Origin: an uncultured Pseudomonadota bacterium
Lineage (GTDB): Bacteria; Pseudomonadota; Alphaproteobacteria; Rhizobiales; Xanthobacteraceae
Length of the DNA: 64,000 nucleotides
Assembly: GCA_963819325.1 (NCBI GenBank)
Contig: CAWFVT010000004.1
Span: 58,786-122,785 of the forward strand
Reading direction: 5' to 3'
Shown: positions 10,409 to 20,374 of the stretch, one piece after another
Position numbering within the stretch: the first letter of the stretch is position 1
Layout: each line of letters starts with the position of its first letter
The notes under the pieces: model-generated
Seen by the model: the letters and a program-made list of their open reading frames with translations, nothing else
Told to the model about the DNA's origin: nothing
Database searches by the model: none
Position numbers and translations under genes: made by a program

Positions 10409-10958
10409 GTTTGGTTGGGCAATGCTGATCGCGGTTGCGTTGGGGTTGTCGGCGCCGGCCGGCGCCCAGAGCCCCTACGGCATCGGGCGACCGGCGACGG
10501 CTGCGGAAATTGCTGGCTGGAATATCGACATTGGCCGCGACGGCGCGAACCTGCCGCCAGGGAGTGGCAGCGTCGCCCATGGCCGCGAGGTGTTCGACCA
10601 GCAATGCGTTGCCTGCCACGGCGAGAAGGGCGAGGGCGGCATAGGCGATCGCCTTGTCGGCGGCCAGGGCACCATTGCGACGTCAAAGCCGATCAAGACC
10701 GTCGGCAGCTACTGGCCCTATGCTCCGACGCTGTTCGATTATATTCGCCGCGCCATGCCGCAGAACGCGCCGCAATCACTGAGCAACGACGACGTGTATG
10801 CGGTCTCCGCCTACATTCTCAATATGAACGGTCTGCTTCCGGCCGATGCGACGCTCGACGCCCGCGCGCTGAGCGCGATCAAGATGCCGAACCGGGGCAT
10901 GTTCACCGGCGACCCTCGGCCCGACGTCAAAAATCCGGCATGTGTGACGGGTTGCTGA
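10395..10958 (+). CDS. soxD: SoxD-like monoheme cytochrome c
   Basis: CVACH; TVGSYWPYAPTLFDYIRRAMP; overlaps soxC. Confidence 0.82.
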   Translation: MRMPEFGWAMLIAVALGLSAPAGAQSPYGIGRPATAAEIAGWNIDIGRDGANLPPGSGSVAHGREVFDQQCVACHGEKGEGGIGDRLVGGQGTIATSKPIKTVGSYWPYAPTLFDYIRRAMPQNAPQSLSNDDVYAVSAYILNMNGLLPADATLDARALSAIKMPNRGMFTGDPRPDVKNPACVTGC

Positions 10959-10998
10959 CGCAACTGGGTTACTGACGCAACCGGGTTGCCGAAGTAAC
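10949..10998. repeat. Degenerate ~17-bp tandem repeat x3 over the soxD stop
   Basis: gggttgctgacgcaact / gggttactgacgcaacc / gggttgccgaagtaac. Confidence 0.6.
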
Positions 10999-11226
10999 GG
11001 GCACGTCGCGGTTCACGATTGGAACAAGCGTTCCCGCCGTCATTTATATTCATTTCGTTCAGAACATATTCATGCGCTCTCGGTCAGATTGATCGACAGC
11101 GAAACCTTGCATGGGTCGTCGTATCGAACACTCCGGGTCGATTCGGATGCTGCCGGCGGCACACCATGAACTTCCCAGGACTGGTAAATTTGCAAGATTG
11201 GTGAATTTACAGGATTGGTCGAATCA

Positions 11227-12792
11227 ATGAGCGAACCGGACATCTCGAATCCATCTTGCCGCGGCTGGTCGGCCGCCGCGTTGGGGCGTCTGGCGCTTGC
11301 GATGGTCGCCGGACTACTTGGGGCTGCCGCAGCCCAAGCCGGCGAATTGACCCCCCACGACATGATGCTGCTCGATCGGCTGACCTGGGGCATCAATGCC
11401 TCAAGTGCCGCGCATCTGCAGGCCGTCGGCGTCGATCGGTGGCTTGCCGAGCAGTTGCATCCGGCCGTCGATCTGGTCTTGCCCGATGCGGCTCAAAAGC
11501 AAATCGAGGCCATGCCGGACGTGCACAAGTTTCCGTTCGACATCGCGGTGGCGTTCGATCAGCAGGGCAGGGCTGCCAACCAGATCAGCGATCCCGAGCT
11601 GAAGAAGGCAGCCCAGCAGGCCTATCAGCAGGCGATGAACGATCGGGGCAAACAGGCGGCGGCGCGCAGCATCCTGCACGCGCTCTATGCGCCGGATCAA
11701 CTGCGCGAACGCATGACATGGTTCTGGTTCAACCATTTCAACGTGCATCAAAACAAGGCGAACATTCGTATCATCGTCGGCGACTATGAAAGCCGCGCCA
11801 TCCGCCCGTTTGCGCTCGGCAAGTTCCACGATCTGCTCACGGCCACACTTTATCATCCGGCGATGCTGCGCTATCTCGACAATGCCGACAATGCCGCGGG
11901 ACATCTCAACGAGAACTACGCGCGCGAGATCATGGAACTGCACACCATGGGGGTCGGGTCGGGTTACACCCAGTCGGACGTCGAAGCGCTGGCGCGCATT
12001 CTGACGGGCGTGGGTATCGATCTGAAGCCGGAAGAACCCAAGCTCAAACCTGAATTGCAATCGCAGCTCGTGCGCGAGGGCGCATTCGAATTCAATCCCG
12101 CCCGGCATGATTATGGCGACAAGACTTTCCTGGGCCATGTGATCAAGGGACGCGGCCTCGCCGAGGTCGACGAGGCGGTCGATATTCTGGTTCGTCATCC
12201 GGCGACCGCGACGCATCTGTCCCGGCAGATCGCGACGTATTTCATTTCGGAAAATCCGCCGGAACCCTTGGTGCAGCGGATGGCGCAAACCTTCAAGACG
12301 ACCGACGGCGATATATCGGCGGTGCTTTCCACCATGGTTCATGCGCCGGAATTTACCGCGTCGCTGAAGTCCACCCCGAAATTCAAGGATCCGGTGCGAT
12401 ATGTGTTCTCGGCGGTTCGTCTTGCCTATGACGACAAGGTGATCCTGAACACGGCACCGATCCAGAACTGGCTGAACCGTCTCGGCGAAGGATTGTTCAA
12501 TCATGAGACGCCGGACGGCTACGCGATGACGTCGGCATCCTGGAACGGGCCGGGGCAGATGATGCTGCGTTTCGAGATCGCGCGGCAAATCGGTTCGGGC
12601 TCTTCGGGCCTGTTCAAGCCGGAAGGACCGAACACGGTCGATCAGCCGGCGTTCCCGCTGATTCAGAATTCGCTCTACTTCAACGGACTGCGACAGACCC
12701 TGGGTTCGACAACGCTGGCCGCACTCGATCAGGCCATCTCGCCGCAGGACTGGAATACGCTGTTTCTGTCGTCGCCCGAATTCATGCGCTAA
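11227..12792 (+). CDS. DUF1800 family exported protein
   Basis: QLRERMTWFWFNHF, YLDNADN, NENYAREIMELHTMG, SPEF. Confidence 0.9.
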   Translation: MSEPDISNPSCRGWSAAALGRLALAMVAGLLGAAAAQAGELTPHDMMLLDRLTWGINASSAAHLQAVGVDRWLAEQLHPAVDLVLPDAAQKQIEAMPDVHKFPFDIAVAFDQQGRAANQISDPELKKAAQQAYQQAMNDRGKQAAARSILHALYAPDQLRERMTWFWFNHFNVHQNKANIRIIVGDYESRAIRPFALGKFHDLLTATLYHPAMLRYLDNADNAAGHLNENYAREIMELHTMGVGSGYTQSDVEALARILTGVGIDLKPEEPKLKPELQSQLVREGAFEFNPARHDYGDKTFLGHVIKGRGLAEVDEAVDILVRHPATATHLSRQIATYFISENPPEPLVQRMAQTFKTTDGDISAVLSTMVHAPEFTASLKSTPKFKDPVRYVFSAVRLAYDDKVILNTAPIQNWLNRLGEGLFNHETPDGYAMTSASWNGPGQMMLRFEIARQIGSGSSGLFKPEGPNTVDQPAFPLIQNSLYFNGLRQTLGSTTLAALDQAISPQDWNTLFLSSPEFMR

Positions 12793-12814
12793 ACCAACGC
12801 CACAGGATCGCACC

Positions 12815-14008
12815 ATAAATCGCCGTGATCTGATCAAGGCCTTTGCCGCGGCAGCTCCCTTGACCGTGGCCGGCCGCGTCTGGGCCGCGCCCGCAACCGA
12901 TGCACGGCTGCTGGTGGTGTTCCTGCGTGGCGCTTACGATGCCGCCAACGTCGTGGTGCCGGTGTCCAGCGATTTCTACCATAATTCGCGGCCGACGCTT
13001 GGCATTGCCAAACCTGAAGCCGGCAATCCGAATTCCGCATTGTCGCTGGGCGCCGATTGGGGGCTGCACCCGGCCTTGCGGGACAGCATCTATCCGCTTT
13101 GGGCCAAACGCGAGATCGCGTTCGTGCCATTTGCCGGCACTTCCGATGATCTGACACGGAGCCACTTCGAGACCCAGGATACGATCGAGCTCGGTCAGTC
13201 GACCGGCGGCTCCCGCGATTATCGCTCGGGCTTCATGAACCGGCTCGCCACGGAGCTCGCGCGCGCCAAGCCGATCTCCTTTACTGATCAGCTTCCGCTG
13301 GTCTTTCGCGGCAAGTCCCAGATTCCGAATATCGGGATCAACAGCGTGGGCAAGCCGGGCGTCGACGATCGCCAGGCCCGGCTCATCAAGAATATGTACG
13401 CGCAGAGCGATCTGGCTTCCTCGGTATCGGAAGGATTTCGAGTCCGGGACGATGTCTATCGCTCGATCTCGGAGGAAATGACCGCGGCCAATCGTGGCGC
13501 GGTGTCGCCGCGGGGCTTCGAACTATCGGCGCGCCGCATCGGCCGACTGATGCGCGAGCAGTTCAACCTCGGCTTTGTCGATGTCGGCGGCTGGGATACC
13601 CATGTCAATCAGGGCGGCGCCACCGGCTATCTCGCCGATCGCCTCGGCGAACTTGGCCGCGCGCTGGCCGGCTTTTCCGAAGAAATCGGACCGGCGGGAT
13701 GGCGCGATACCGTGGTGGTGGTGATCTCCGAGTTCGGACGCACCTTCCGGGAGAACGGCGATCGCGGCACCGATCATGGCCACGGCAGCGTCTACTGGGT
13801 GATGGGAGGCGGAATCAATGGCGGCCGCATCCTTGGCCCGCAGGTCAAGGTCGACCAGGCCAATCTCTTTCAAAACCGGGACTATCCCGTCCTGACGGAT
13901 TATCGTGCGATGTTCGCAGGGCTGTTCCAGCGTATGTTCGGGCTGGAGACGGCGAGCGTTCAGCGCATTTTCGCCGGCGTCCATCCGGCTGAATTGGGAC
14001 TGGTCTAG
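12815..14008 (+). CDS. DUF1501 family protein with Tat signal; apparent ATA start
   Basis: LVVFLRGAYDA, GLHPAL, RSHFETQD, GGWDTHVNQ, SEFGRTF, GTDHG; in-frame ATA-AAT-CGC-CGT-GAT-CTG (xNRRDLIK) 45 nt before the TTG at 12860. Confidence 0.85.
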   Translation: MNRRDLIKAFAAAAPLTVAGRVWAAPATDARLLVVFLRGAYDAANVVVPVSSDFYHNSRPTLGIAKPEAGNPNSALSLGADWGLHPALRDSIYPLWAKREIAFVPFAGTSDDLTRSHFETQDTIELGQSTGGSRDYRSGFMNRLATELARAKPISFTDQLPLVFRGKSQIPNIGINSVGKPGVDDRQARLIKNMYAQSDLASSVSEGFRVRDDVYRSISEEMTAANRGAVSPRGFELSARRIGRLMREQFNLGFVDVGGWDTHVNQGGATGYLADRLGELGRALAGFSEEIGPAGWRDTVVVVISEFGRTFRENGDRGTDHGHGSVYWVMGGGINGGRILGPQVKVDQANLFQNRDYPVLTDYRAMFAGLFQRMFGLETASVQRIFAGVHPAELGLV

Positions 14009-14060
14009 GGCGCAGCCTTCGTCAGCGCGCCGTGAAGACCTCAAAGGCGGGGCAGGGTCG

Positions 14061-14291
14061 ATGAAAGATGAAAATGGCCCTCCGGCGCCATCGGTCGAGC
14101 CGCCGCATCGCGGCTATGATTCGCGACCGATCCCCGATCGTCTACTGGGGATATTTCTGGCTGTTCTCGTGGTGGCGCTGGTGGTTGGCTATCTGTTCGT
14201 GAACAAACTCGCCGAGATTTCAACCGAGGAGGATTGCGCGCTGGCTCATCGCAAAAACTGCGCGGCGGTGGATGTGCCATCCGGCCGCTGA
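14061..14291 (+). CDS. Small single-pass membrane protein
   Basis: MKDENG...LLGIFLAVLVVALVVGYLFV...EEDCALAHRKNC. Confidence 0.6.
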   Translation: MKDENGPPAPSVEPPHRGYDSRPIPDRLLGIFLAVLVVALVVGYLFVNKLAEISTEEDCALAHRKNCAAVDVPSGR

Positions 14292-14424
14292 GCGAACTCG
14301 TTTTGCCGGACTTTTGTGCAGCGTTTGACGATTGGTGGAACGGAGGATTCGTGCCACAGTTATCCTGGACGCGGCACTTTCGATTGCGCGCCAAAGACAG
14401 CTAACGATCGAGCAAGTGAGATAG

Positions 14425-15747
14425 ATGGCAGAACAAGTGTTGCGGGAGCAGGCGGTTGAACCGGATCCGCCGGCTGTTGCTGGTGGAGGCGGTCTGGTCA
14501 GCCGCGGGACGCTTGCCGTCACCATCGGCAATATGCTCGAATTCTACGACTTCATTACCTACAGCTTTTTTGCCATTCAGATTGGCCGCACATTTTTCCC
14601 CACCGACAACCGATATGCCAGCCTGATGCTGTCGCTGGCGACGTTTGGCGCTGGCTTCATTACCCGCCCCATTGGCGGATTGGTGATCGGGTCGTATTCC
14701 GACCGCGCGGGCCGGCGGCCGGCGATGATCCTGAGCTTCGTGATGATGGGGTGCGCCATCATCGTATTGGCGCTGACGCCCTCCTACCAATCCATCGGCA
14801 TCGCCGCGCCGATTATCGCCATCGTCGCGCGCATGGTTCAGGGGTTTTCGCTCGGCGGCGAAGTCGGACCCACTACGGCCTATCTGATGGAAGCGGCGGC
14901 GCCCGGCAGGCGAGCGATCGCGGTTTCGTGGCAGCCTGTAAGCCAGCAAATTGCCGCCACCACCGGCGCGCTGGTCGGCTTCGTGCTTTCGCAGTTGATG
15001 ACCACCGAAGCGCTGGAATCCTATGGCTGGCGCATCGCCTTCCTGCTCGGCGCGATTTGCCTGCCGTTCGGTCTGTGGCTGCGTACCGGCCTGCCCGAGA
15101 CGTTACATCTGCACGAGACCGATACAGCGCTGGCACCGACCGGCAGCAAGCCGCTAGGTATCGTACGCACCCATGCGCGAATTATCGTCCTCGGTTTGCT
15201 GGTGCTGGCGAGTGGCACCATCATCACTTACGTCACCCAATACATGACCACTTATGCCAAGAATACGTTGCAAGTCGGGACCGATCTCGCCTTCGCCACC
15301 ACGGTTGTCAGCAACGGTCTGGGCATTGTCGGTGCGCTTTGCGGTGGCTTGCTGGCAGACCGCATCGGGCGATGGCCGGTAATGGTGTGGCCGCAGCTTG
15401 TCGCATTGCTGCTGACGTACCCGGTGTTCCTGTGGATCGTGGAAACGCGCAGCCCGTGGGCGCTGCTGGGCGGCTTCGGCGTGCTGTCCCTGATCGGCAG
15501 CATTCCCTACACCGCCTTCTATGTGGCGCTGACAGAAGGTCTGCCCAAGAAAATCCGTGGCGGCACCCTGGCGACGATCTATGCGGTCGCCATCGCTACT
15601 TTCGGCGGCACCGCGCAACTGATCGTCACCTGGCTCATTCATGTGACCGGCAATGCGCTGGCGCCGGCCTGGTACATGCTGTTTGCAGGCACGGTCGGAC
15701 TGGTGGCCATGGTGATGATGCGCGAAACGGCGCCGGGGAAGCGGTAG
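14425..15747 (+). CDS. MFS transporter, metabolite:H+ symporter family
   Basis: GNMLEFYDF, RPIGG, DRAGRR, QGFSLGGE. Confidence 0.9.
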   Translation: MAEQVLREQAVEPDPPAVAGGGGLVSRGTLAVTIGNMLEFYDFITYSFFAIQIGRTFFPTDNRYASLMLSLATFGAGFITRPIGGLVIGSYSDRAGRRPAMILSFVMMGCAIIVLALTPSYQSIGIAAPIIAIVARMVQGFSLGGEVGPTTAYLMEAAAPGRRAIAVSWQPVSQQIAATTGALVGFVLSQLMTTEALESYGWRIAFLLGAICLPFGLWLRTGLPETLHLHETDTALAPTGSKPLGIVRTHARIIVLGLLVLASGTIITYVTQYMTTYAKNTLQVGTDLAFATTVVSNGLGIVGALCGGLLADRIGRWPVMVWPQLVALLLTYPVFLWIVETRSPWALLGGFGVLSLIGSIPYTAFYVALTEGLPKKIRGGTLATIYAVAIATFGGTAQLIVTWLIHVTGNALAPAWYMLFAGTVGLVAMVMMRETAPGKR

Positions 15748-15810
15748 CGGGCCGCCAGTCGTCTGGATGTCGCATTCCCCGGCAATAGTTCATACGGTCA
15801 ATTTTTCGCA

Positions 15811-17721
15811 TTGGACGGCACATTGAGCGAAGATCGAACGGCGGATGTCACCGAAGTGACGGAGCAGGCTCCGCAGGGCAAGCTGTCCATTCTGGGTCTG
15901 TCGGCGTTGGGCATTGTGTTCGGTGATATCGGGACCAGCCCGCTTTATACCTTCAAGACCATTCTCGGTACCGCTGCGACCCCATCGCAAGCCGCCACCG
16001 TTTTGGGTGCGCTTTCGCTGGTGCTCTGGACTCTCTTCATCATCACGACCGTGAAATATGTCTCTTTCGCCATGCGTGTCGACAATGACGGCGAGGGCGG
16101 CATCCTCGCTTTGATGGCCCTGTTGGGCGTGAAGAAGCAACGGCGGCCGACCATTGTCGCCGTCGGCCTATTCGGAGCGGCGTTGATCTATGGCGACGGC
16201 GCGATCACACCGGCGATTTCGGTGCTGTCGGCGCTGGAGGGCCTGAACATGGCGACCCCCGCGCTGCAGCCCTATGTCGTTCCTGCCGCGGTGGTGATCC
16301 TGCTCGCGCTGTTTGCCATCCAGTCGCAGGGAACGGCGACCATCGGCCGCTTCTTCGGCCCGATCATGTTGTTCTGGTTCGTCGCTATCGCAGTGATGGG
16401 GATTTGGGGCATCGCGCAGCATCCTTCGGTGCTCGTAGCGCTCAATCCCGTCTATGGCTTTTCTTATTTGCTCTCAAACGGCGCCACCGGCTTTCTGGTG
16501 CTGGGCGCGGTGTTTCTCTGCGTTACCGGCGCCGAGGCGCTCTACGCCGATATGGGCCATTTCGGCAAGGGGCCGATCCGGCTGGCGTGGGGTGCGGTGG
16601 TGTTTCCAAGCCTGATCCTCAACTATGCCGGGCAGGCGGCGCTCGTGCTGGAGGGCGCCCCGACCGACGGCAATATCTTCTTTCGGCTCTGTCCCGGGCC
16701 GCTGCTGATCCCCTTGATCGTGCTGGCGACCGTGGCGACGATCATTGCCAGTCAATCGATCATCACCGGTGCTTTCTCGATGACCCGGCAGGCGATCCAG
16801 CTCGGCTGGTTGCCAAGATTGCGCATCAAGCAGACCTCATGGGAAGGTTACGGGCAGATCTATGTCGGCGTGGTCAACTGGCTGCTGATGATCGTGACCG
16901 TCGGATTGACCATCGCGTTCGGCAAATCCGATAATCTGGCGGCCGCCTACGGTATTGCCGTTTCGCTGACGATGCTGATGACGTCGGCGCTGCTTTTCAT
17001 TGCGATGCGCGAGATCTGGGGCTGGAGCATCCTGGCCGCGGGTTCGGTCGCGGCCAGCTTTCTCGTCATCGATGGCGCTTTCTTCCTCGCCAATCTCACC
17101 AAGGTCGCCGAAGGCGGCTACGTCCCGCTGATCCTCGCCATCTTGGTCTACGGCGTGATGTGGATCTGGCACCGCGGGGCAGCCGCGGTAACGGCTCGCA
17201 TGCGTGAATCCCTGATTCCGGTTCCTGAATTCATCAAGAGCATCGAATCAAAAGGCATCCCTCGCGTCCCCGGCACTGCTGTGTTTCTGACCAGGACCGA
17301 GCAGGATACGCCGCCGGTGATGATTTGGCACGTCAAGCATAACCGTGCCCTGCATGAGCATCTGTTCGTGCTTCGCGTCGAAATCCTGTCGGTGCCGTGG
17401 GAGACCTCCGGCAACCGGATCGTCCTCAATGAAGTCGCGAAGAATTTCTGGCGCGCGGAAGCGCGTTTCGGCTTCATGGAACGACCGCATATTCCGGAAC
17501 TGCTCACCGCCAGCAGGTGGCTGGGGTGCACGGTCGATCTTAACGATGTGACGTATTATGTCGGCCATGAAACCGTCATCGCCCGCGAGGACGGCAACGG
17601 CCTGCCTGAATGGCAGGAGGGCATCTTCGCTGTGATGGAGCGCAACGCCATCCATGTCAGTGACTTCTTCAGCCTGCCGACCGATCAGGTCGTCGAGATC
17701 GGGCGCCAGGTTTCGATCTAG
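15811..17721 (+). CDS. kup: Potassium transporter Kup
   Basis: ALGIVFGDIGTSPLY, DNDGEGG, GAEALYADMGHFG, RFGFME. Confidence 0.95.
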   Translation: MDGTLSEDRTADVTEVTEQAPQGKLSILGLSALGIVFGDIGTSPLYTFKTILGTAATPSQAATVLGALSLVLWTLFIITTVKYVSFAMRVDNDGEGGILALMALLGVKKQRRPTIVAVGLFGAALIYGDGAITPAISVLSALEGLNMATPALQPYVVPAAVVILLALFAIQSQGTATIGRFFGPIMLFWFVAIAVMGIWGIAQHPSVLVALNPVYGFSYLLSNGATGFLVLGAVFLCVTGAEALYADMGHFGKGPIRLAWGAVVFPSLILNYAGQAALVLEGAPTDGNIFFRLCPGPLLIPLIVLATVATIIASQSIITGAFSMTRQAIQLGWLPRLRIKQTSWEGYGQIYVGVVNWLLMIVTVGLTIAFGKSDNLAAAYGIAVSLTMLMTSALLFIAMREIWGWSILAAGSVAASFLVIDGAFFLANLTKVAEGGYVPLILAILVYGVMWIWHRGAAAVTARMRESLIPVPEFIKSIESKGIPRVPGTAVFLTRTEQDTPPVMIWHVKHNRALHEHLFVLRVEILSVPWETSGNRIVLNEVAKNFWRAEARFGFMERPHIPELLTASRWLGCTVDLNDVTYYVGHETVIAREDGNGLPEWQEGIFAVMERNAIHVSDFFSLPTDQVVEIGRQVSI

Positions 17722-17754
17722 TCTTGGCCGTAAAATCCGACTAGCATCCGATTC

Positions 17755-18822
17755 ATGTGGGGAAAGCTGCCGGAGAGACTGGCGATATTTTGCGCCAACC
17801 CGCGAGGGGGACATGCCATCAACAGGCTAGCTGTCGCTTTAGCAGCGCTGGCGATATTTGGCGTGATCGGTTGCAGTGCCGCCTTTGCGCAAAAGTCCGG
17901 CCCCGATTCCGCGCCGGCCGCTCCGGTGTCCGATTCGTTTCCAGCCTGGGCCTATCCATGGGCTCCGGAGTTCAAAGTCCCGCCCGACCCAGGCGGTGCA
18001 ACGCACGTTCCTGACAGTACCGCCAGCTTTACGGTCACCCAGGAGCGCGATCTCTTCTTCGTGCCGGACTGGCATCCCGGCGATCATGCGCCGATGCCCG
18101 ATATCGTCGCGCGCGGCCGGCGGCCTGACGTGCGCGCCTGCGGCTCCTGTCATCGCGCCGAAGGCACCGGCGGTCCGGAGAATTCGAGCCTTGCCGGTCT
18201 TTCCGCGGCCTATATCGCCCAGCAGATGGCCGACTTCAAAAGCGGCGCGCGAAAGTTCGCGGGCCCGCAGGAAGGTCCGGTCCTGACGATGATCGCGATC
18301 GCCAAAGCCGCCACCGATGCCGAGGTGCAAGCCGCGGCGGCCTATTTTTCCGCGCTGAAGCCGAAGCCGGTCATCAAGGTCGTCGAGGCCGATACGGTCC
18401 CGGTGACGCAGGTTGCGCGCTTTTTCTACACGACCGTGGCCAATGGCGGCACCGAGCCAATCGGCCGGCGCATCGTCGAGATTCCCCAGGATGTCGAGCA
18501 GTTCGAGCATCGCGACTCGCGTTCGCGGTTCACGGCCTATGTTCCGAAGGGGAGCATTGCCAGGGGCGAAGCGCTGGCGAAAACCGGCGGATCGGGCATA
18601 ACGATCCCCTGCGCCGGATGCCACGGCCCGGGTCTCGACGGGATCGGCGCCATTCCCCGCATCGCCGGACGCTCGCCGAGCTACATCGTCCGGCAGATAT
18701 ATAATTTCCAGCAGCAGGCGCGGAACGGAACCGCCGGCGCGCTGATGGTGCCGGTCGTGGAAAAGCTATCGCATGACGACATGATCGCGCTCGCGGCCTA
18801 TGTGTCGTCCTTGCCACCATGA
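17755..18822 (+). CDS. Diheme c-type cytochrome (c4-like)
   Basis: CGSCH and CAGCH, each followed by LAG/IAG..YI..Q; signal peptide; true start may be later. Confidence 0.85.
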   Translation: MWGKLPERLAIFCANPRGGHAINRLAVALAALAIFGVIGCSAAFAQKSGPDSAPAAPVSDSFPAWAYPWAPEFKVPPDPGGATHVPDSTASFTVTQERDLFFVPDWHPGDHAPMPDIVARGRRPDVRACGSCHRAEGTGGPENSSLAGLSAAYIAQQMADFKSGARKFAGPQEGPVLTMIAIAKAATDAEVQAAAAYFSALKPKPVIKVVEADTVPVTQVARFFYTTVANGGTEPIGRRIVEIPQDVEQFEHRDSRSRFTAYVPKGSIARGEALAKTGGSGITIPCAGCHGPGLDGIGAIPRIAGRSPSYIVRQIYNFQQQARNGTAGALMVPVVEKLSHDDMIALAAYVSSLPP

Positions 18823-18851
18823 GGCTGCGATCGTTCTGTACTTTGAACCGG

Positions 18852-18955
18852 CTAAAGCGTTTTCGCGAAGTGGATACCGGTTCGCGTGAAGAAAACGCTT
18901 CAAATAAAGAAGTAGAGCCTCCGTTCCGATTCTGTCGGAACGAAATAGGCTCTAG
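18852..18955. repeat. Rhizobial intergenic palindromic repeat (RIME/MITE-like)
   Basis: aagcgttttc...gaaaacgctt and tagagcct-ccgttccga...tcggaacg...aggctcta inverted repeats; related copy near 26620-26718. Confidence 0.75.
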
Positions 18956-20241
18956 CCGGCGAAAAAAGACCACGTTAGCGCGGCCACGGCCAAAGCCATG
19001 AGGCCGGTTCCGATCCAGCCAACCGCGATCAACGGGGGCCGGGCCTTGAACCGGCCCATCAGGCGTGAATTCGCGACGATCACCATCATCATCGCCATGA
19101 TCGGAACCGCGACAATGCCGTTGAGCACGGCACTCCAGACCAGCATGTGAATGGCGTCGATTCCGGTAAAGCCGAGTCCGAAGCCGATAACGGTAGCCGC
19201 CGCGATGATGGTGTAGAACCCCACTGCATCGGGAGCTTTGGCTTCGAGCGTTGCAGGCCATCCGAATGCTTCAGATACCCCATAGGCCGCCGATCCCGCC
19301 AGCACCGGTATCGCCAGCATGCCGGTACCGATGATGCCGAGTGCAAACAGCAAAAAAGTGAAATCACCCGCCAGCGGTCTCAGCGCTTCGGCCGCCTCGG
19401 TTGCCGAATTGATGTTGGTGATTCCCCCGGCATTGAGGACGGCGGCGGTGGTCAGGATAATGGAAAAGGCAATCACGTTGGAGAAGATCATGCCAACGGT
19501 GGTATCGATTCCGATGCGGTCAAGCTCGGTGCCGCCGCCTCTGGTCAGTTCACGCAGCGGGCGGTGTATCTTGCCCTGATTCATTTCCTCGACTTCCTGC
19601 GAGGCCTGCCAGAAAAACAAATAGGGGCTTATCGTGGTGCCGAGAACGGCCACCACCATCAGGAAATAGTCGGCATTGATGGTGGGCGTGGGCCAGATCG
19701 CTGCAAGCAATGCGGTGCTCCACGGGATCTTTACGGTGAACGCCGTTGCTACATAGGCGAACAGCGTGAGCGTCATGAATTTCAGCACCGGAGCATATCG
19801 GCGATACGGAACGAAGACCTGCAGCAAGGTCGATGCCGATGCGAAAATCAGGGCATGCTCGTGATTGAGCCCGCCAATGACCAGTGAGAGGGCTTCTCCC
19901 ATCGCGGCGATGTCGGCCGCGATGTTGAATGTGTTGGCTGCCACCAGAAGAAAAATCAGCGCCAGAACCAGCCAGCGCGGTGCCAGTTCCATGACATTGG
20001 CGGCGAGGCCCTTGCCGGTAACCCGGCCGATCCGCGCGCTCACCAACTGGATTGCGATCATGAACGGCGTGGTGAGAAATACGGTCCACAGCAGGCCGTA
20101 GCCGAATTGCGCGCCGGCTTGCGAATAGGTCGCGATGCCTGACGGGTCGTCGTCGGCGGCACCGGTCACCAGTCCGGGACCAAGTAACCGAAGCACCATG
20201 TTGCGGGGCTTTTTGATCTCCGGGCGATCGGGTTCGGTCAT
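18952..20241 (-). CDS. Nramp-like divalent metal cation transporter
   Basis: LGPGLVTGAADDDPSGIATYSQAGA; LGTTISPYLFFWQ. Confidence 0.88.
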   Translation of the reverse strand: MTEPDRPEIKKPRNMVLRLLGPGLVTGAADDDPSGIATYSQAGAQFGYGLLWTVFLTTPFMIAIQLVSARIGRVTGKGLAANVMELAPRWLVLALIFLLVAANTFNIAADIAAMGEALSLVIGGLNHEHALIFASASTLLQVFVPYRRYAPVLKFMTLTLFAYVATAFTVKIPWSTALLAAIWPTPTINADYFLMVVAVLGTTISPYLFFWQASQEVEEMNQGKIHRPLRELTRGGGTELDRIGIDTTVGMIFSNVIAFSIILTTAAVLNAGGITNINSATEAAEALRPLAGDFTFLLFALGIIGTGMLAIPVLAGSAAYGVSEAFGWPATLEAKAPDAVGFYTIIAAATVIGFGLGFTGIDAIHMLVWSAVLNGIVAVPIMAMMMVIVANSRLMGRFKARPPLIAVGWIGTGLMALAVAALTWSFFAG

Positions 20242-20374
20242 GAAAAGCTATAACGTTTGAGATGAATTAAATTGGCAATCGCTTAGCTCAAGGACATTCG
20301 CTATTTTGCACCGGCAATCAAGAAAATTGATGCCTCCCGGGCATTCGGGCAGATCATTGATCCAAGGGGCCGTT

